From assembly GCA_965204745.1 (NCBI GenBank), contig OZ242010.1, positions 2,816,001 through 2,880,000 on the forward strand: a stretch of 64,000 bases of DNA, given 5' to 3'. Made by a program: the position numbers and the translations under genes. The notes beneath the pieces were generated by a model. That model saw only the letters and a list, made by a program, of their open reading frames with translations. It was not told the origin of the DNA and made no database searches. Shown here piece after piece: positions 19,940-30,439 of the stretch (position 1 is the first letter of the stretch; every line of letters begins with the position of its first letter). The DNA comes from Candidatus Latescibacterota bacterium. GTDB lineage: Bacteria; Latescibacterota; UBA2968.

Positions 19940-21202
19940 TCACATCCCACCGCCCATAGTCGGATATCGTCTGTACTTATTCGAGAAAAATTGCGATAGC
20001 CTACCAATGCGGACATCGCGCAATTCTTTGGGCATGAGAAAGTCGTAGTCGAGAATGGCGATGATTTCGATCTCGCCATCCCCCACGACAACCACCATGT
20101 TTTCATACCAAGATGCCGAGGGGAATGTGCGGACTTGTGTCGGTTCGTTTTCGTATAATTTTGTCTTTTTGATTTTGTCGATCAAAAGAACGCCCGATGT
20201 TTCTTCGACAACCCAGCCAAAAGTGCCAATAAGCACCCGTTCTGCATCGGGGGTTGAAATCGCATAATCCGCAAGCCCGTTTTGCGTGCGTTGGAAATTA
20301 AACGCCCAATTGAAAGCCTGCACAGTGTGATGGTGCGACACGCCCACAGCCCGTTCTCTGCTACAGTAGAGCCGTTGCGGTCGTCCGATATCAAGCGCGA
20401 TTTCGCAAAAATGAGACTCCGCTTTTCCAGCGGGTAATCGCCGCCCCGTAGAATTTTTTCTCAAAATTTTGTCGCGTTCAAGATGGGCAAAATTGTCCGT
20501 CGCCTCATAGCCATTAGATACCGCCATCCAGATGCTGGTGTGAAAGTCAAAATCCGATGTTATCACGGCATCGCCCCAGTGCCAGCCGATGTGGTTTGCG
20601 GAAATGGGCACTGCCTCCTCCTCGCCAAATCCCACGCGCACCCGTTTTGACGAAATATCGCAAATGGGGACAACGTGCAACCACTCGGGCGACATGACCC
20701 ATAAGGACTGCGAATTTACACCAATAGAGAACGCACAATCGTCGAGTACCCGATAGATTCGAGAGCATTTTCCCTTCGCATGCCCCGGCCCTGCCTTGAC
20801 ATAACTGACCCCTTCTTCCCCTATCAGCCAGACGTGAGAACGGAAAAGTTCAATGGTGTGAAACCGCTCAGGCCCCAAGTCAAACTCATTGCGTTCATCT
20901 TCTTTGGGACAAAGAACAGTGCCATCCATCTGTTGCAAATTCTCAAGCAACACGTTCTTAAAGCCGTCATACTGTGCCCAATCCATGAGACACCTATCTT
21001 CATGGGCCAACGCATTGTTGGTCAACACCATAGCCGCCAACGGATCGGTCCCACTTTTATTCCGTGCCGGGAAAACGCGCTCTATCAACCTGTTCCAATC
21101 GAGCAGTTGCAACGTGTTCTCTGCGGTCAGAAGATAGAGGTGCCCCCGATAAAAAAACGCATCGAGATACGCGCCTGGCAATTTGAGTTTCAAAAACTGC
21201 AT
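19940..21202 (-). CDS. Hypothetical protein, beta-rich (possibly propeller-like)
   Basis: Uninterrupted ~420-aa ORF with atypical composition; MITE inserted 3 bp upstream of the inferred ATG. Confidence 0.7.
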   Translation of the reverse strand: MQFLKLKLPGAYLDAFFYRGHLYLLTAENTLQLLDWNRLIERVFPARNKSGTDPLAAMVLTNNALAHEDRCLMDWAQYDGFKNVLLENLQQMDGTVLCPKEDERNEFDLGPERFHTIELFRSHVWLIGEEGVSYVKAGPGHAKGKCSRIYRVLDDCAFSIGVNSQSLWVMSPEWLHVVPICDISSKRVRVGFGEEEAVPISANHIGWHWGDAVITSDFDFHTSIWMAVSNGYEATDNFAHLERDKILRKNSTGRRLPAGKAESHFCEIALDIGRPQRLYCSRERAVGVSHHHTVQAFNWAFNFQRTQNGLADYAISTPDAERVLIGTFGWVVEETSGVLLIDKIKKTKLYENEPTQVRTFPSASWYENMVVVVGDGEIEIIAILDYDFLMPKELRDVRIGRLSQFFSNKYRRYPTMGGGM

Positions 21203-21204
21203 CT

Positions 21205-21562
21205 TAGGTCGTGTTGACATTTTATTTTTAGACCTGACGTTACGCACAGAGTAGCAAATGTGTTGCTTGCTCATTTAAGGCGTTTGGTCCTACAGCCTCG
21301 TTGGTTGCCTCCGATGCCTTCGGCGACTTACTTTTTTTCAACAGCAAAAAAAAGTAAGCAAAAAATGCCGCTCTCAAACGCCGAGAGGCTTGCACAGCGC
21401 AAAGCGCTTTTGTAACAGAACGATATGCGCCAGCCTGCAAGGTGGGTTGCATAATGGATGTTGGTTGCGAGACGGCCTTGCGCGCTGTGCGTGATGGCTT
21501 GATCGGAGTGGGTTTTGCTATGGCACTTATTGCGATGCCTTCTTTGAACTGCGAAACCTCAG
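21205..21562. mobile_element. MITE-like element, right-truncated copy
   Basis: Begins TAGGTCGTGTTGACATTTTATTTT and is colinear with 18607-18960. Confidence 0.8.
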
Positions 21563-21606
21563 TGAATACAATGACCGAAGCGAATAACGGGGGCCGGGGG
21601 GATAGG

Positions 21607-21733
21607 TCACACCGCCGGCTCCGCATCCGCGTCGCCGGCCGCCAGTGCGTTCATGTACGCGAGGCACAGATCGCGGGACAAATACCGGCCATAGTCGGCG
21701 GTTTCTTGTTGCTCGACAATGGGGAATGTCGAA
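21607..21733 (-). pseudogene. Detached 3' end of the type IIG RM gene
   Basis: Reads STFPIVEQQETADYGRYLSRDLCLAYMNALAAGDADAEPAV*, in frame with the upstream gene once the IS701 and one TSD are removed. Confidence 0.85.
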
Positions 21734-22813
21734 TAGGACTTACGCCAGGGTCATTGGTATCGCCGGTGTTTTGAGTTGTTGTCTCAAATAATCCTCCCAT
21801 AAGCCATGTTTGACTTGATAGATGGTTTGTCCAGTCTGATAGGCGACTTGGGTCAGTCGTCCCCAAACGAGAAAGGCACACGCGATGTGGTTTCGCACAA
21901 TGCGTGCCAATCGGCATTGACACTTTTCAAGCCCCGTTACCTGTTTTGCTTCCCGGTGAACTTGCTCAATCTTCCAACGCAAGTGGCACACCGCTTGTGC
22001 CACTGACGGGTCGGTTTGAGTCAAGTCGTTGGTTACGATATACGCCGTGCGTCTCGTCGCAGACGCGACCCGGAATACGTTCACCTTGTGGTTTTTAGGG
22101 AACCCTCTGAGTTTCATGCGTTTTCCTGTGGCCTGTTCGCGTTTTGTCCAAGTTAAGGCATCGACCCGTTGATAGGGGTTTTCACCTGACGAATCGTCCA
22201 CGAGGCGATTCTTTTTGATAGGACAGTAATAGGTCTTTTGCAAGTGCTCAATGTGAAGCATGACCGCTTTGGTGGCATACCAAGTATCCATCACCACTCG
22301 CTCAAAAGGCAGTTTTTTGTGATAGACCAAGAGTGACAACATCTCTTTGACGTGGTCTAACTTGGTTTTTCCATCCCCTTGCGGATCGTAAATGCGATAG
22401 TCAATCAGCCAAAACCGATCTTGAATCGGATTGACATACACACACGTCACCACACCGATCCCCGAGATGACCCCCTTCGCATTGCCACTGTATTGCCGAC
22501 GCACGAGAGCCATCTTTTTGGCATAGCGCTTATCTAAGACCGTGTCATCAAAGAGAATTACGCCCTTTGCGGTCGACGTGAGGTGGGGTTTGACGTTTTT
22601 CCAGATCACACGCGGCGAGACGCGATCCCCACCCAGATAGCGGTTGAGCATATCATGCGTGAACCGGTCGCTGTGATCTGCGAAATGAGTCAGGGTATAA
22701 TTGAGCGGACTGCTAAGCAGATACTGGCAGTAATCCAAGCGCGTTGGTTTCGCCATACAGACCTCCAAAGTGAGGATGGGGGTTCGATCCTGTTCTTTTT
22801 TGCGTAAGTCCTA
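21734..22813 (-). mobile_element. IS701-family insertion sequence
   Basis: TIR TAGGACTTACGC / GCGTAAGTCCTA; 5-bp TSD TCGAA (21729-21733, 22814-22818). Confidence 0.88.
21740..22756 (-). CDS. IS701-family transposase
   Basis: DYCQYL, FDDTVLDK, RRQYSGN, MDTWYA, RWKIEQ.HRE.KQ, RNHI. Confidence 0.92.
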   Translation of the reverse strand: MAKPTRLDYCQYLLSSPLNYTLTHFADHSDRFTHDMLNRYLGGDRVSPRVIWKNVKPHLTSTAKGVILFDDTVLDKRYAKKMALVRRQYSGNAKGVISGIGVVTCVYVNPIQDRFWLIDYRIYDPQGDGKTKLDHVKEMLSLLVYHKKLPFERVVMDTWYATKAVMLHIEHLQKTYYCPIKKNRLVDDSSGENPYQRVDALTWTKREQATGKRMKLRGFPKNHKVNVFRVASATRRTAYIVTNDLTQTDPSVAQAVCHLRWKIEQVHREAKQVTGLEKCQCRLARIVRNHIACAFLVWGRLTQVAYQTGQTIYQVKHGLWEDYLRQQLKTPAIPMTLA

Positions 22814-25800
22814 TCGAATAGACATAGCGCGCATCATCGCGGTCCGCAATGCCGTAGAGGTGAAAGAATACCGCGTCGAGTTGGGCGCGCAAACGCAGGC
22901 GGCGGTCCTCATCCCAAACAAAGGGCGGTCGCACCTCGCCCGATTCATCGACATAGCCCAAGTCGCGGGCGAAAGGGGCCATGTCATGCGCGGTGTACGC
23001 GAGTTCCAACACGGCTTCGCGGACGAGATCGCGGGCGGTTTTGGGGCCGAATCGGACAGACGCGAAGCGATCCGGGGCGATGACCGGGAGTTGCTCGATG
23101 ATGAACCAGTTCAAATGCTGACCTTGCACTTTTTGGCGCGTAACAAAATCGAATGCAAGGGCATTCAAATTGGCGGCCAGCAGATAGGCTTCCTTTTTGT
23201 ATGCTTGCACGGCGCCGTCTTCGGCGATAGGCAACAGAATGGGCAAACTGTTGCCAAAACCGGCGCGTGGCACGATAGCGGCAATCATCGTTCGCATATT
23301 GGTCGGGTTGGTAATTCCGCGGAAACCCAATGCCCAGCCGCTGCTCTGCGGAAAGGCCATCTCCACATTTTCCGCAGGAACATAGTATTGCGGTTGCGGG
23401 AGAAAGTCCAGATCCGCGTGTTGCCCCGCGCTGACTTCCTCGCTCAAATAGGGATTGTGCGTACTCTGAGGGTTGATGCGAACCGAGTTGGCGCGGTGGT
23501 CAAATTGCCAAATCATTCGGCCTTGGTACAGCGGTAGCCATTCCCCACTTGGACTATTGAAGCGATTGCCGCCGATGGGATACGCCCCTTCCCGCTCTTC
23601 CAATTCTTCCCGCGTGCGAAATAGTCCGGAGTCGTTGGTCATATCGAACATTCTGTTGTAGCGCACCGGCCAAGCGCGGCGTTCTTTGTCTCCTGCGTGA
23701 TCGACCAATACAGGATGGTGCTCGTAGATGCGGCGGGTGATCTCGGCATCCTTGCGGTTGCGAAAGACGGGGGCAGTGCCGGTGTTCGGATTCACGCGGG
23801 CGAAATCGTCCGGCGTCAGCGGGAAACAGCGTTGTGGATCGTCAATCGTTGCGATGTCGTGGAGGAAGAAGGCGCAGTGCGTCTCGGGGAATGTTCGTTT
23901 TTCGCCGCCGAATATTAGGGCGCAGAACTTGAACGAGGCGTGAATGTCTTTGAAGAAAATTTTCTTGTTCTCAAAATCGAATACACCAGCGACGTGCCCG
24001 GCCGTGGAGGCGGATTTGAAGAAGGGCGCCGCGGTCTTGTCCGCGTAGATGCCCGAGGGCGTGAGCAAGCCGATGATGCCATCCGGCTTTACGAGGCGCG
24101 TCGCCCGTTCCACGAACAAGGAGTAGAGGTTGATGTCGCCGCCGCCGAGCAGGGGATAGTCGCCGGAGGTGCGGACCAAGTGCGCGAGTTTGTCCGATTG
24201 CGCCTTGGCCGCGTCGAAGTGGGCGGCCAGTGGATCGTCCTGTTTGCGGAGCTTTTGGATGGCGGTGCGCCGCGCTGCTGCGGTTGGGGCGCGTGCCAAC
24301 TCGGGCGCGCGGCTCGCGAACCACTCGACCTCTTGCAACTTGATGCGATCCCACGGCGGATTGCCGATCACCGCGTCAAAGCCGCCTTCTGGCTGATTGC
24401 GTTGCCAGTTCTGCCACACGCCCGGGAACGCGGCCTCCCAGTGCAAGAAGTGCTCGCGGTGCGCGAGGGTCTTGGCCTCGTTCCAGAGCGCGGAAAAGCT
24501 CGACCATGCCGCGTCGCCGGTATCGGGCAGAAGGTCATGCATGCACTCCGGCCCCCTGGCCAAAAGCGCGTACGCACTGGCCTGCTGGCGGCCGAGCGTC
24601 GTAACGAGCGGCCCTTCTAGGGTGGCGCGGTTTTTTTCGCTCAGGCCCGCGCTTACCCAGCGCAAGCCGCAGAGGAAATCGAGCAAGCCGCGCAGGTCCG
24701 CGGTCGTCTCCTCCACTTGCCCGAACAGGGACGCGGACGCTCGCACCTCGGCCACATCCGCGTCGGACATGTCCTCAATGCGCTGCATGCCTTTGGTGGC
24801 GGTCTCGGCCCCGGCAATGGCACTGGCGGCGAACAGGCCGCCGAGTCGGCTCAATTCGTCGGTGGCCTCCTTGACGCGCATGCCCACGAGCGAATCCCCG
24901 CAGCGCAGATGGTGATCGAGAAAACTCAGCGGCGCGCCTGCGGTGAAGGTGTGCAACCACAGGGACACTTTGGCGAGTTCGACGACCATCGGGTTTTTAT
25001 CCACCCCGTAAATGCACCGCTTGAGCACCATGCGCCGGATGATGTGCCGGTCGTCGAGGCGTTCGGCGTCAATGGCCCAGCCATTTTTTTCAGCATTGCC
25101 CATAATCGTATCGCGGATGGCGTCAACGCGCTCGGTCAGCGGCGAGACATAGCCCGGTATCGCGTCTTCGGCCATCGCCGCGATCACGCGGTCCGCGAGA
25201 TAATCCACAAGCCCGGCCAAGAAGTGCCCGGATCCCATCGCCGGATCGCAGATTTTCAACTCGAGCAACCTCACCGCCGGATCGACGCGCTTGAGTTCGG
25301 CAATTTTGACCCGCTTGGCGCGGCGGCTTTTTTTGAGTTCTTTCACCTTGCTGGCAAAGGCATCTATGCGGGCCTGCACCAATGGGTCAAGCGTCTTTTC
25401 GATAATCAGGCGCACGAGCCCATCCGGCGTATAGTAGCTGCCCGATCCCTTGCGCGCAAAAATGTTTGGACGGATCACAACCCCATCGCCATCGCGCACG
25501 ACCTCGTGTTCGAGCAACCCCTCGTAGATCGATCCGAGTTGCTCAACACTCAGGTTGCGGTAATTGATATAGCGGCGGCCTTCGGGCATCTTCTCGAAGG
25601 ACAGGGCGTCGATCACATCGACCATGACCTGATCGCCGAGGCGGATATCGGACAGGAGCGGCGTGCGTTCGCGGTCGAACAGGCCCCCGTTGTACGGCGG
25701 CAGGCCAAGAGAGGAATCGCCCTTGTCGATGATCCGGCACAAATCGTCGATGGCGTGGTAGTAGCGGGCCGCAGTGCCCGAGACCGCATCGCCCCGTTCT

Positions 25801-26765
25801 TTCCGCGCGCGCACCTCGGCGCGCACTTTTCGCAGGCTGTAATCGTCGTAGCGGCTATCGCGCACGGGCAGCAGGTCGCGATCTTCGGCATAGAGGATGA
25901 ACAACAGGCGGTAGAGCAAGGTCAGGGCCGCGGCGCGTACGTCGGGCAACGGCGCGTCGGGCGCGGCTTGGACCATAACCCGAGCGAGTTGGGGAAAGAC
26001 TTCGTCGAAGACCAACCCGGAAACATTGTTGGCGACGCGCTCTTCGTAAAAACGCCCCTCGTCGAGCGCGTATTGGTGAAACGTGGGATCGCCGCCAAAA
26101 CTCTCTCGACGAAAGAACAGGACGAACAACTTCAAGCAGTGCCGTCTTTCTCCAGCGGAGAGATCGAAGAGTGCCGCGAGGTCGATCTCGAAAAACTGTT
26201 CCGACACGGAGCGGGCACCTTGGTAATAAAGCCGCCATTTCGCGCCATTGGTCAGGATGCCCCAGCGGAGCTTGCCCTGGGTCAGATCATCGACGCGCCG
26301 CAAATAGCGGAGCATCTGCGTTGAAGGCGCGGTCGTTTCGCCATCGCTTTGGCCTCGGCGGTCGAGGGGCATGTGCCAACGCTTGGACTCGACAATGGCG
26401 ATGCCAAACACATAGCGTTGCCATTCTCGGCGGTGTGTATTGGCGCGATCTTTTGTCTCGTCATCGACAAATAGCAGCCCATCGGGCACATCGGATCGCC
26501 CCCGAGGCGCGAGGTTTTGTTGCCGCAGGTGCGCGGTCCAACCGAGACGCCGCAGGATGGGCCAGATCAAATCGTCCTCGGTCTGCGTTTCATTCGGCGA
26601 TTGATCTGCGGGGAATCGGTCAAAAATTTCCCAAAACGCGCTGTCGATCCCGTCGATCATCCCATCGTCCAACGCGCGATAGGCGTCTGCGCGAATCGCT
26701 GTTTCCCGCAGAAAATCGTCGGCAAACAGGGTTCCGGAAAATAGACTGGCGAAAAAGTCGGTCAT
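22713..26765 (-). CDS. Type IIG (Eco57I-like) restriction endonuclease-methyltransferase, C-terminus replaced by IS701 read-through
   Basis: PD...ESK nuclease motif, LTNG..WRLY, GSYYTP, DPAMGSGHF, GNPPW; start at MTDFFASL. Confidence 0.9.
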   Translation of the reverse strand: MTDFFASLFSGTLFADDFLRETAIRADAYRALDDGMIDGIDSAFWEIFDRFPADQSPNETQTEDDLIWPILRRLGWTAHLRQQNLAPRGRSDVPDGLLFVDDETKDRANTHRREWQRYVFGIAIVESKRWHMPLDRRGQSDGETTAPSTQMLRYLRRVDDLTQGKLRWGILTNGAKWRLYYQGARSVSEQFFEIDLAALFDLSAGERRHCLKLFVLFFRRESFGGDPTFHQYALDEGRFYEERVANNVSGLVFDEVFPQLARVMVQAAPDAPLPDVRAAALTLLYRLLFILYAEDRDLLPVRDSRYDDYSLRKVRAEVRARKERGDAVSGTAARYYHAIDDLCRIIDKGDSSLGLPPYNGGLFDRERTPLLSDIRLGDQVMVDVIDALSFEKMPEGRRYINYRNLSVEQLGSIYEGLLEHEVVRDGDGVVIRPNIFARKGSGSYYTPDGLVRLIIEKTLDPLVQARIDAFASKVKELKKSRRAKRVKIAELKRVDPAVRLLELKICDPAMGSGHFLAGLVDYLADRVIAAMAEDAIPGYVSPLTERVDAIRDTIMGNAEKNGWAIDAERLDDRHIIRRMVLKRCIYGVDKNPMVVELAKVSLWLHTFTAGAPLSFLDHHLRCGDSLVGMRVKEATDELSRLGGLFAASAIAGAETATKGMQRIEDMSDADVAEVRASASLFGQVEETTADLRGLLDFLCGLRWVSAGLSEKNRATLEGPLVTTLGRQQASAYALLARGPECMHDLLPDTGDAAWSSFSALWNEAKTLAHREHFLHWEAAFPGVWQNWQRNQPEGGFDAVIGNPPWDRIKLQEVEWFASRAPELARAPTAAARRTAIQKLRKQDDPLAAHFDAAKAQSDKLAHLVRTSGDYPLLGGGDINLYSLFVERATRLVKPDGIIGLLTPSGIYADKTAAPFFKSASTAGHVAGVFDFENKKIFFKDIHASFKFCALIFGGEKRTFPETHCAFFLHDIATIDDPQRCFPLTPDDFARVNPNTGTAPVFRNRKDAEITRRIYEHHPVLVDHAGDKERRAWPVRYNRMFDMTNDSGLFRTREELEEREGAYPIGGNRFNSPSGEWLPLYQGRMIWQFDHRANSVRINPQSTHNPYLSEEVSAGQHADLDFLPQPQYYVPAENVEMAFPQSSGWALGFRGITNPTNMRTMIAAIVPRAGFGNSLPILLPIAEDGAVQAYKKEAYLLAANLNALAFDFVTRQKVQGQHLNWFIIEQLPVIAPDRFASVRFGPKTARDLVREAVLELAYTAHDMAPFARDLGYVDESGEVRPPFVWDEDRRLRLRAQLDAVFFHLYGIADRDDARYVYSIGLTQKRTGSNPHPHFGGLYGETNALGLLPVSA

Positions 26766-26800
26766 TATTTTTTTATCCGCGTTTATCTGCGCTTCGCCGT

Positions 26801-28198
26801 TCACATCCCTCGCACGTCGATGACTTCGCCGGCAATGGCCGCGGCGGCCACCATCGCGGGGCTCATCAAGAGCGTGCGCCCTGTGGGGCTGCCTTGCCGG
26901 CCTTTGAAATTGCGGTTGCTGGACGAGGCGCAAACTTCGCGGCCCTGCAATTTGTCGGGGTTCATCGCCAAACACATGGAGCAACCCGCGCCGCGCCATT
27001 CAAAGCCCGCGTCTCCAAACACATGGTGCAAGCCCTCGGCTTCGGCGGCTTTGAGAACGGATTTGGATCCCGGGACGACCAGGGCCTTGACGCCATCGGC
27101 GACGCGGTGGCCTTTGACGATGCGGGCCGCTTCTCGCAGGTCGGAAATCCGGCTGTTGGTACACGATCCCACAAATGCCACGTCGATGGGAATGCCCGAG
27201 ATGGCCGTGCCCGGCGATAAGTCCATATAATCGTACGCTTCGGCGGCGACATCGCGCTCGTCGTCCGGCAAGTCCGTGAGCGCGGGCACTTTTTCCGAGA
27301 CGAAGAGGGCTTGCCCCGGGGTGATGCCCCACGTCACGGTGGGTTCGAGGGCAGAGCCGTCGAGGTGATAGACGTCGTCGTAATCCGCGTCTGGGTCAGA
27401 GGCGAGAGAATGCCACCACGAGATGGCGCGGTCAAACGCGTCGCCCGAAGGCGCGTACGCGCGGCCTTGCAAATAGTCGTAAGTCGTCTGGTCGGGATTG
27501 ACATACCCCGCGCGCGCGCCGCCTTCGATAGACATGTTGCACACGGACATGCGCGCTTCCATGTCCATGCCCGCTATCGCGGCGCCTGCGTATTCGTACG
27601 CGTAGCCAGTGCCGCCTTGGACGCCGAGGTTGCGGATGATGTTGAGAATGACGTCTTTGGCGTACACGCCGTCGCCCAAGGTGCCGCTCACTTCAATGCG
27701 GCGCACTTTGAGCGGGTCCATTGCCAAGCACTGCGTTGCGAGGACGTCGCGCACTTGTGACGTGCCAATGCCAAATGCTATCGCGCCAAACGCGCCGTGC
27801 GTGGCGGTGTGGCTGTCCCCGCAGGCAATGGTCATGCCCGGTTGCGTGAGGCCCAATTCCGGGCCGATGACGTGGACGATGCCCTGGCGCTCGTCGTCGA
27901 GGTCGAACAGGGGAATGCCAAATTCCGCGGCATTGTCCTCGATGGCGAGCAACATGTGTTCGGCCATTTCGTCTGCAAAGGGCCGGTCGCGGTCGCGCGT
28001 GGGCACGATGTGATCGACGGTGGCGAACGTGCGGTCTGGATACGCGATGCCCAACTTGCGCTCCCGCAACATTTCAAACGCCTGCGGGCTGGTGACTTCG
28101 TGGACGAGGTGCAAGCCGATGAACAACTGCGTTTGACCCGATGGCAGGGTCCGCACCGCATGCGCGTCCCAAACTTTTTGAAACAAACTTTGCCCCAT
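26801..28198 (-). CDS. leuC: 3-isopropylmalate dehydratase large subunit
   Basis: [41 protein letters not shown]. Confidence 0.97.
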   Translation of the reverse strand: MGQSLFQKVWDAHAVRTLPSGQTQLFIGLHLVHEVTSPQAFEMLRERKLGIAYPDRTFATVDHIVPTRDRDRPFADEMAEHMLLAIEDNAAEFGIPLFDLDDERQGIVHVIGPELGLTQPGMTIACGDSHTATHGAFGAIAFGIGTSQVRDVLATQCLAMDPLKVRRIEVSGTLGDGVYAKDVILNIIRNLGVQGGTGYAYEYAGAAIAGMDMEARMSVCNMSIEGGARAGYVNPDQTTYDYLQGRAYAPSGDAFDRAISWWHSLASDPDADYDDVYHLDGSALEPTVTWGITPGQALFVSEKVPALTDLPDDERDVAAEAYDYMDLSPGTAISGIPIDVAFVGSCTNSRISDLREAARIVKGHRVADGVKALVVPGSKSVLKAAEAEGLHHVFGDAGFEWRGAGCSMCLAMNPDKLQGREVCASSSNRNFKGRQGSPTGRTLLMSPAMVAAAAIAGEVIDVRGM

Positions 28199-28219
28199 GA
28201 TCTCCTCTTTTCTCGGTGT

Positions 28220-29770
28220 TCACACGGTCGGCTCGCGCTCTTTGTGCGTGGCTTGCTGGAGGGCCAGGCGATTGAGCGCGTCGAGGAAGGCTTTGACGCT
28301 GGCTTCGATGATATCGGTGGATGCGCCGCGCCCTCGGCAGACGCGCCCGTGGCAGGACACGTTGACCGTGACTTCGCCGATGGCTTCCGCGCCCCCGGTC
28401 ACGCCGCGGATGGTGTAGTTTTCGACTTTGGTGTCCGCGTTGGCCGTGGCTTTTTTGATGGCGCGATAGGCCGCATCCACGGGCCCGTCGCCCCAAGCGG
28501 ATTCCTGAATGTGGGTCTCGCCATCGATGCCGATGCGAACCGTCGCGGAAGGTACGGTGCCCGTGCCGCTGACCGTGTGCAAGTAGTCGAGGGTGAAGCG
28601 CGTGGGGAAGTCGCGGATCTCGTCTTCCACAATCGCCATGAGGTCTTCGTCATAGACCTCTTTCTTTTTGTCAGCCACTTTGACGAACCGCTCGTACGCG
28701 ATGTCTAATTCCGCTCGATCCAAGCGAAAGCCGAGTTCCTCCAGGCGATGGCGCAAGGCGTGCCGCCCAGAGCGCGCGGTGAGCACGATGCTCGATTCGT
28801 CCCACCCCACGGATCGGGGATCGATGATTTCAAAATTTTCCCGGTCTTTGAGCACGCCGTCTTGGTGGATGCCCGAGCTGTGGGCAAATGCGTTGGCGCC
28901 CACAATGGGTTTGTTCGGCGGAACGACAATGCCCATCAACCGGCTGACCAAGCGGCTCGTGGTCGCAATTTCCCGGGTTTCGATGTCCGTGTACAGGTCA
29001 AAGTAATCCCCGCGCGTCTTGAGGGCCATGACCACTTCTTCGAGCGAGGTGTTGCCCGCGCGTTCGCCCAAGCCATTGATGGTGCATTCGACTTGGCGCG
29101 CGCCGTTTTTGAGGGCTTCGAGCGCGTTGATGGTCGCCATGCCCAAATCGTCATGGCAGTGGACGCTGACGACTGCGCGATAGATGTTGGGCACGCGGTC
29201 GCAGATGTTGCGGATGATCGCGCCGAACTGATCGGGCACGGCATAGCCCACCGTGTCGGGAATGTTGATGGTGGTGGCGCCCGCGTCGATGGTGGCTTCG
29301 ATCACTTCGAGGAGATAGCGCGGGTCTGTGCGCGCCGCGTCCATCGGAGAAAATTCCACGTCGTCGCAGTACGACTTGGCACGCGCAACCGCATCCACGG
29401 CCATTTGTCGGACTTGGTCCGGGGATTTGCCCACCATGGCGATGTGCAGGGGCGAGGTGCCGATGAACGTGTGAATGCGCGGATTGGGCGCGTCTTTCAA
29501 GGCTTCGCCCGTGCGGTCGATGTCTTTGAAGATGGCGCGGGACAAGCCGCAGATCACCGGGCCTTCGACCTCGTGGGCAATGCGCCGCACGGCCTCAAAG
29601 TCCTGATCGGAGGAGATGGGGAACCCGGCTTCGATCACATCGACATTGAGCCGGGCGAGTTGCCGAGCGATTTCGAGTTTTTCGCGCACGGTGAGGGACG
29701 CGCCGGGGGTTTGTTCTGCGTCTCGCAAGGTGGTGTCAAAAATGATGACGCGATTTTTGTTTTTGTGCAT
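28220..29770 (-). CDS. leuA: 2-isopropylmalate synthase
   Basis: FDTTLRDAEQ, HCHDDLG, NGLGERAGN, HSSGIHQDG, regulatory domain GDGPVDA. Confidence 0.96.
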   Translation of the reverse strand: MHKNKNRVIIFDTTLRDAEQTPGASLTVREKLEIARQLARLNVDVIEAGFPISSDQDFEAVRRIAHEVEGPVICGLSRAIFKDIDRTGEALKDAPNPRIHTFIGTSPLHIAMVGKSPDQVRQMAVDAVARAKSYCDDVEFSPMDAARTDPRYLLEVIEATIDAGATTINIPDTVGYAVPDQFGAIIRNICDRVPNIYRAVVSVHCHDDLGMATINALEALKNGARQVECTINGLGERAGNTSLEEVVMALKTRGDYFDLYTDIETREIATTSRLVSRLMGIVVPPNKPIVGANAFAHSSGIHQDGVLKDRENFEIIDPRSVGWDESSIVLTARSGRHALRHRLEELGFRLDRAELDIAYERFVKVADKKKEVYDEDLMAIVEDEIRDFPTRFTLDYLHTVSGTGTVPSATVRIGIDGETHIQESAWGDGPVDAAYRAIKKATANADTKVENYTIRGVTGGAEAIGEVTVNVSCHGRVCRGRGASTDIIEASVKAFLDALNRLALQQATHKEREPTV

Positions 29771-29903
29771 GGTGATTCCTTTGCGCGCCAGACCGAGGTG
29801 AACGGGCAGACGGAACGGGTCTGGCTGTCATTGCCCTCTGCCAAACGAGATCGAGGTCGCCGAGGTCGGCTTCCATCTGCATCACCTCCTTTTGCTGAAC
29901 GGG

Positions 29904-30401
29904 TTAGGGTTCTTGGATCGCGGAGTCCCGCAACAGGGCCACGGTGCCGGTGCGCGCGATTTCCAGGATGCCAAAAGAACGCAGCATGCCGATGATGGCC
30001 TGAATTTTGTCGTAGCGGCCCGTGACTTCAATGGTCATGGAATGCGTGCTCACATCCACGATATTTGCGCGGAACACTTCGGCGATTTGAATGACCTCTG
30101 CGCGCGTGGCTGTATCGGCCTTGACTTTGATGAGCACGAGTTCGCGTTCGACAAATTTGCCCTGCGTGATGTCGATCACGCGGATGACGTCGATGAGGCG
30201 GTCCAATTGCTTGACCACCTGCTCGAGCACGCTGTCGTCACCGCCGACAACGATGGTCATGCGCGAGATGCTCGGGTCTTCTGTTTCGCCGACGGACAAG
30301 CTGTCGATGTTGAATCCGCGACTGGAGAAAAGCCCCGAGATGTTGCACAAGACGCCAAAATGGTTTTCGACCAGCGCGCAAATCGTGTGTTTTTGAGTCA
30401 T
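29904..30401 (-). CDS. ilvN: Acetolactate synthase small (regulatory) subunit
   Basis: LVEN..GVL..ISGLFSSRGFNIDSL, SRMTIV, ERELVLIKV, EIARTG. Confidence 0.95.
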   Translation of the reverse strand: MTQKHTICALVENHFGVLCNISGLFSSRGFNIDSLSVGETEDPSISRMTIVVGGDDSVLEQVVKQLDRLIDVIRVIDITQGKFVERELVLIKVKADTATRAEVIQIAEVFRANIVDVSTHSMTIEVTGRYDKIQAIIGMLRSFGILEIARTGTVALLRDSAIQEP

Positions 30402-30439
30402 GAGAATTTCCCGAATCCATGAGGTGACAACGGCCAGTG

